Origin: an uncultured Thermoplasmata archaeon
Lineage (GTDB): Archaea > Thermoplasmatota > Thermoplasmata > RBG-16-68-12
Assembly: GCA_963768855.1 (NCBI GenBank)
Contig: CAVYJM010000006.1
Span: 736,001 to 800,000, forward strand
Direction: 5' to 3'
DNA: 64,000 nt
Of this stretch, positions 62,813 to 64,000 are shown piece after piece (positions within the stretch are counted from its first letter, which is position 1; each line of letters starts with the position of its first letter). The notes beneath the pieces are model-generated. The model saw only the letters and a list, made by a program, of their open reading frames with translations, was not told the origin of the DNA and made no database searches. Position numbers and translations under genes: made by a program.

Positions 62813-64000
62813 TCAGGCCTTCCGGTGGGGCGGGTCGTAGAATGGCCGCTCGACGACCGTGGCGGGGGCGCGCTTCCGTTCCCACTCGACCTCGACTTCG
62901 ATCTCGAGAGTCGTGCCAAGGTGGGCGTACTCGGAACGTACCGTCGCGATTCCGATGTACTTCTTGAGGGTCGGGGACCAGCAGCCGCTCGTGCCCCAGC
63001 CCACCTGGCGGAAACCGGAGTAGATGGGGACCTTCGACGTCCACGGATCCGACGGCGGGGTGGGAGGCAGCCCCAGGTCGGTGAAGTACTTCGAGGCGGT
63101 CGGCCAGTCGATTTCGATCCCGACGGTCCGACGAGGCACGCCTTGTCGTAGCTCCTGCGCGAGCGCGGGCTTTCCGACGAACGGTCCCTTGTTCATCGAG
63201 ACCGTCCAGTCGAGGCTGAGTTCGAAGGGAGAGTACCGTTGGGCGTCGATCAGCGCGCTCCTCGAGTGGATGTAGTCCACTTCGGCGAGGACGAATCCCG
63301 CCTCGATGCGGCAGACGTCCATGGCCACCTGGCCAGCCAGCTGCATATGGTGCGGTCCGCCGTACTTCATGATCGAGTCGAAGAGCTGCTCGGCCTGGTC
63401 GCGATCGACCCAGACCTCGTAGCCGAGGTCACCCGTGTATCCCGTGCGGGAGATCTCCACGGGGATTCCCTCGATCTTCGCCGTGGTGAATCGGAAGAAC
63501 TTGAGCTTGTCCAGTGCGGAGCCTGCTGCGTCCCGCAGGATGGCCTTCGAGCTGGGTCCCTGGAGGGAAAGCGTCCCGATGTCCTCCGACACATCCTCCA
63601 CGTGGACGTCTAGGCCAATCCCGTTGTCCTCGATCCACTTAAGGCTCGGCTGGGCCGAGGTGAGCCGGAAGCTGCCGTCGCCGTAGTTCCAGATCGTGCC
63701 GTCGTCGACGACCTTCCCCCGGTCGTCGCACCACGGGGTGTAGACGACGTGCCCTTTCGAGAACTTTCGGAGGTCCCGCGTCACGATCTTGTTGAGCACG
63801 CGCTGCGCGTCCTTGCCGTCGATCCGATACTTGTAGAGCGGGGATACGTCGATCAAGCCCGCGGTGTGTCGGATCGCGTAGTACTCCATGTAGGGGACGA
63901 CGGAGTACGAGCTCGCGGAGAGGTAGCCGGACCAGGCCTGCCATTCCCAGCTCTGGCACAGCGGAAATGTCCGCGAGTGAAAGGGTGATCCCTTCAGCAC
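62813..64000 (-). CDS. GcvT-family aminomethyltransferase / folate-binding protein (start at or beyond the window edge)
   Basis: EYYAIRHTAGLIDVSPL, DDGT, SLQGP, SRTGYTGDLGYE, RIEAG and SPTLKKYIG. Confidence 0.9.
   Translation of the reverse strand: MLKGSPFHSRTFPLCQSWEWQAWSGYLSASSYSVVPYMEYYAIRHTAGLIDVSPLYKYRIDGKDAQRVLNKIVTRDLRKFSKGHVVYTPWCDDRGKVVDDGTIWNYGDGSFRLTSAQPSLKWIEDNGIGLDVHVEDVSEDIGTLSLQGPSSKAILRDAAGSALDKLKFFRFTTAKIEGIPVEISRTGYTGDLGYEVWVDRDQAEQLFDSIMKYGGPHHMQLAGQVAMDVCRIEAGFVLAEVDYIHSRSALIDAQRYSPFELSLDWTVSMNKGPFVGKPALAQELRQGVPRRTVGIEIDWPTASKYFTDLGLPPTPPSDPWTSKVPIYSGFRQVGWGTSGCWSPTLKKYIGIATVRSEYAHLGTTLEIEVEVEWERKRAPATVVERPFYDPPHRKA

Overview
High-GC archaeal genomic window. Evidence for archaea: archaeal-type GlyRS, Elp3, SelB-II-like protein, DUF835 and Bat-type HTH domains, BRE/TATA promoters, GGAGGTGA Shine-Dalgarno sites and tRNAs without encoded CCA. 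The gene set best fits a non-methanogenic Thermoplasmatota lineage (inference). The left third is mostly housekeeping (pgk, glyS, elp3, tRNA-Thr). It also holds a bacterial-type DnaA AAA+ domain fused to DUF835, a longin-like membrane protein next to a Rab-like GTPase, and a ~0.96 kb element at tRNA-Thr flanked by a 15-bp direct repeat. The middle has three MenA/UbiA paralogues, a coxM/coxS-like pair with no large subunit and a probable IS110 scar, and a split peptide/nickel-type ABC importer whose OppF ATPase carries a ~4-helix hydrophobic insertion. The right half is dominated by a corrinoid/folate demethylation cluster: five non-pyrrolysine MttB-superfamily methyltransferases (one frameshifted), a corrinoid protein, a RACo-type activator, a pterin-binding methyltransferase, MetV/MetF, a core-MetE-like methionine synthase, a Rieske oxygenase, a COG1233 flavoprotein, a GcvT-like protein and a class III aminotransferase. 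Several genes appear to start at near-cognate codons (ACG, ATC, CTG) placed at the usual distance from strong SD sites. No rRNA, CRISPR array or intact transposase/integrase was recognised. All family assignments are by eye, with no database search.
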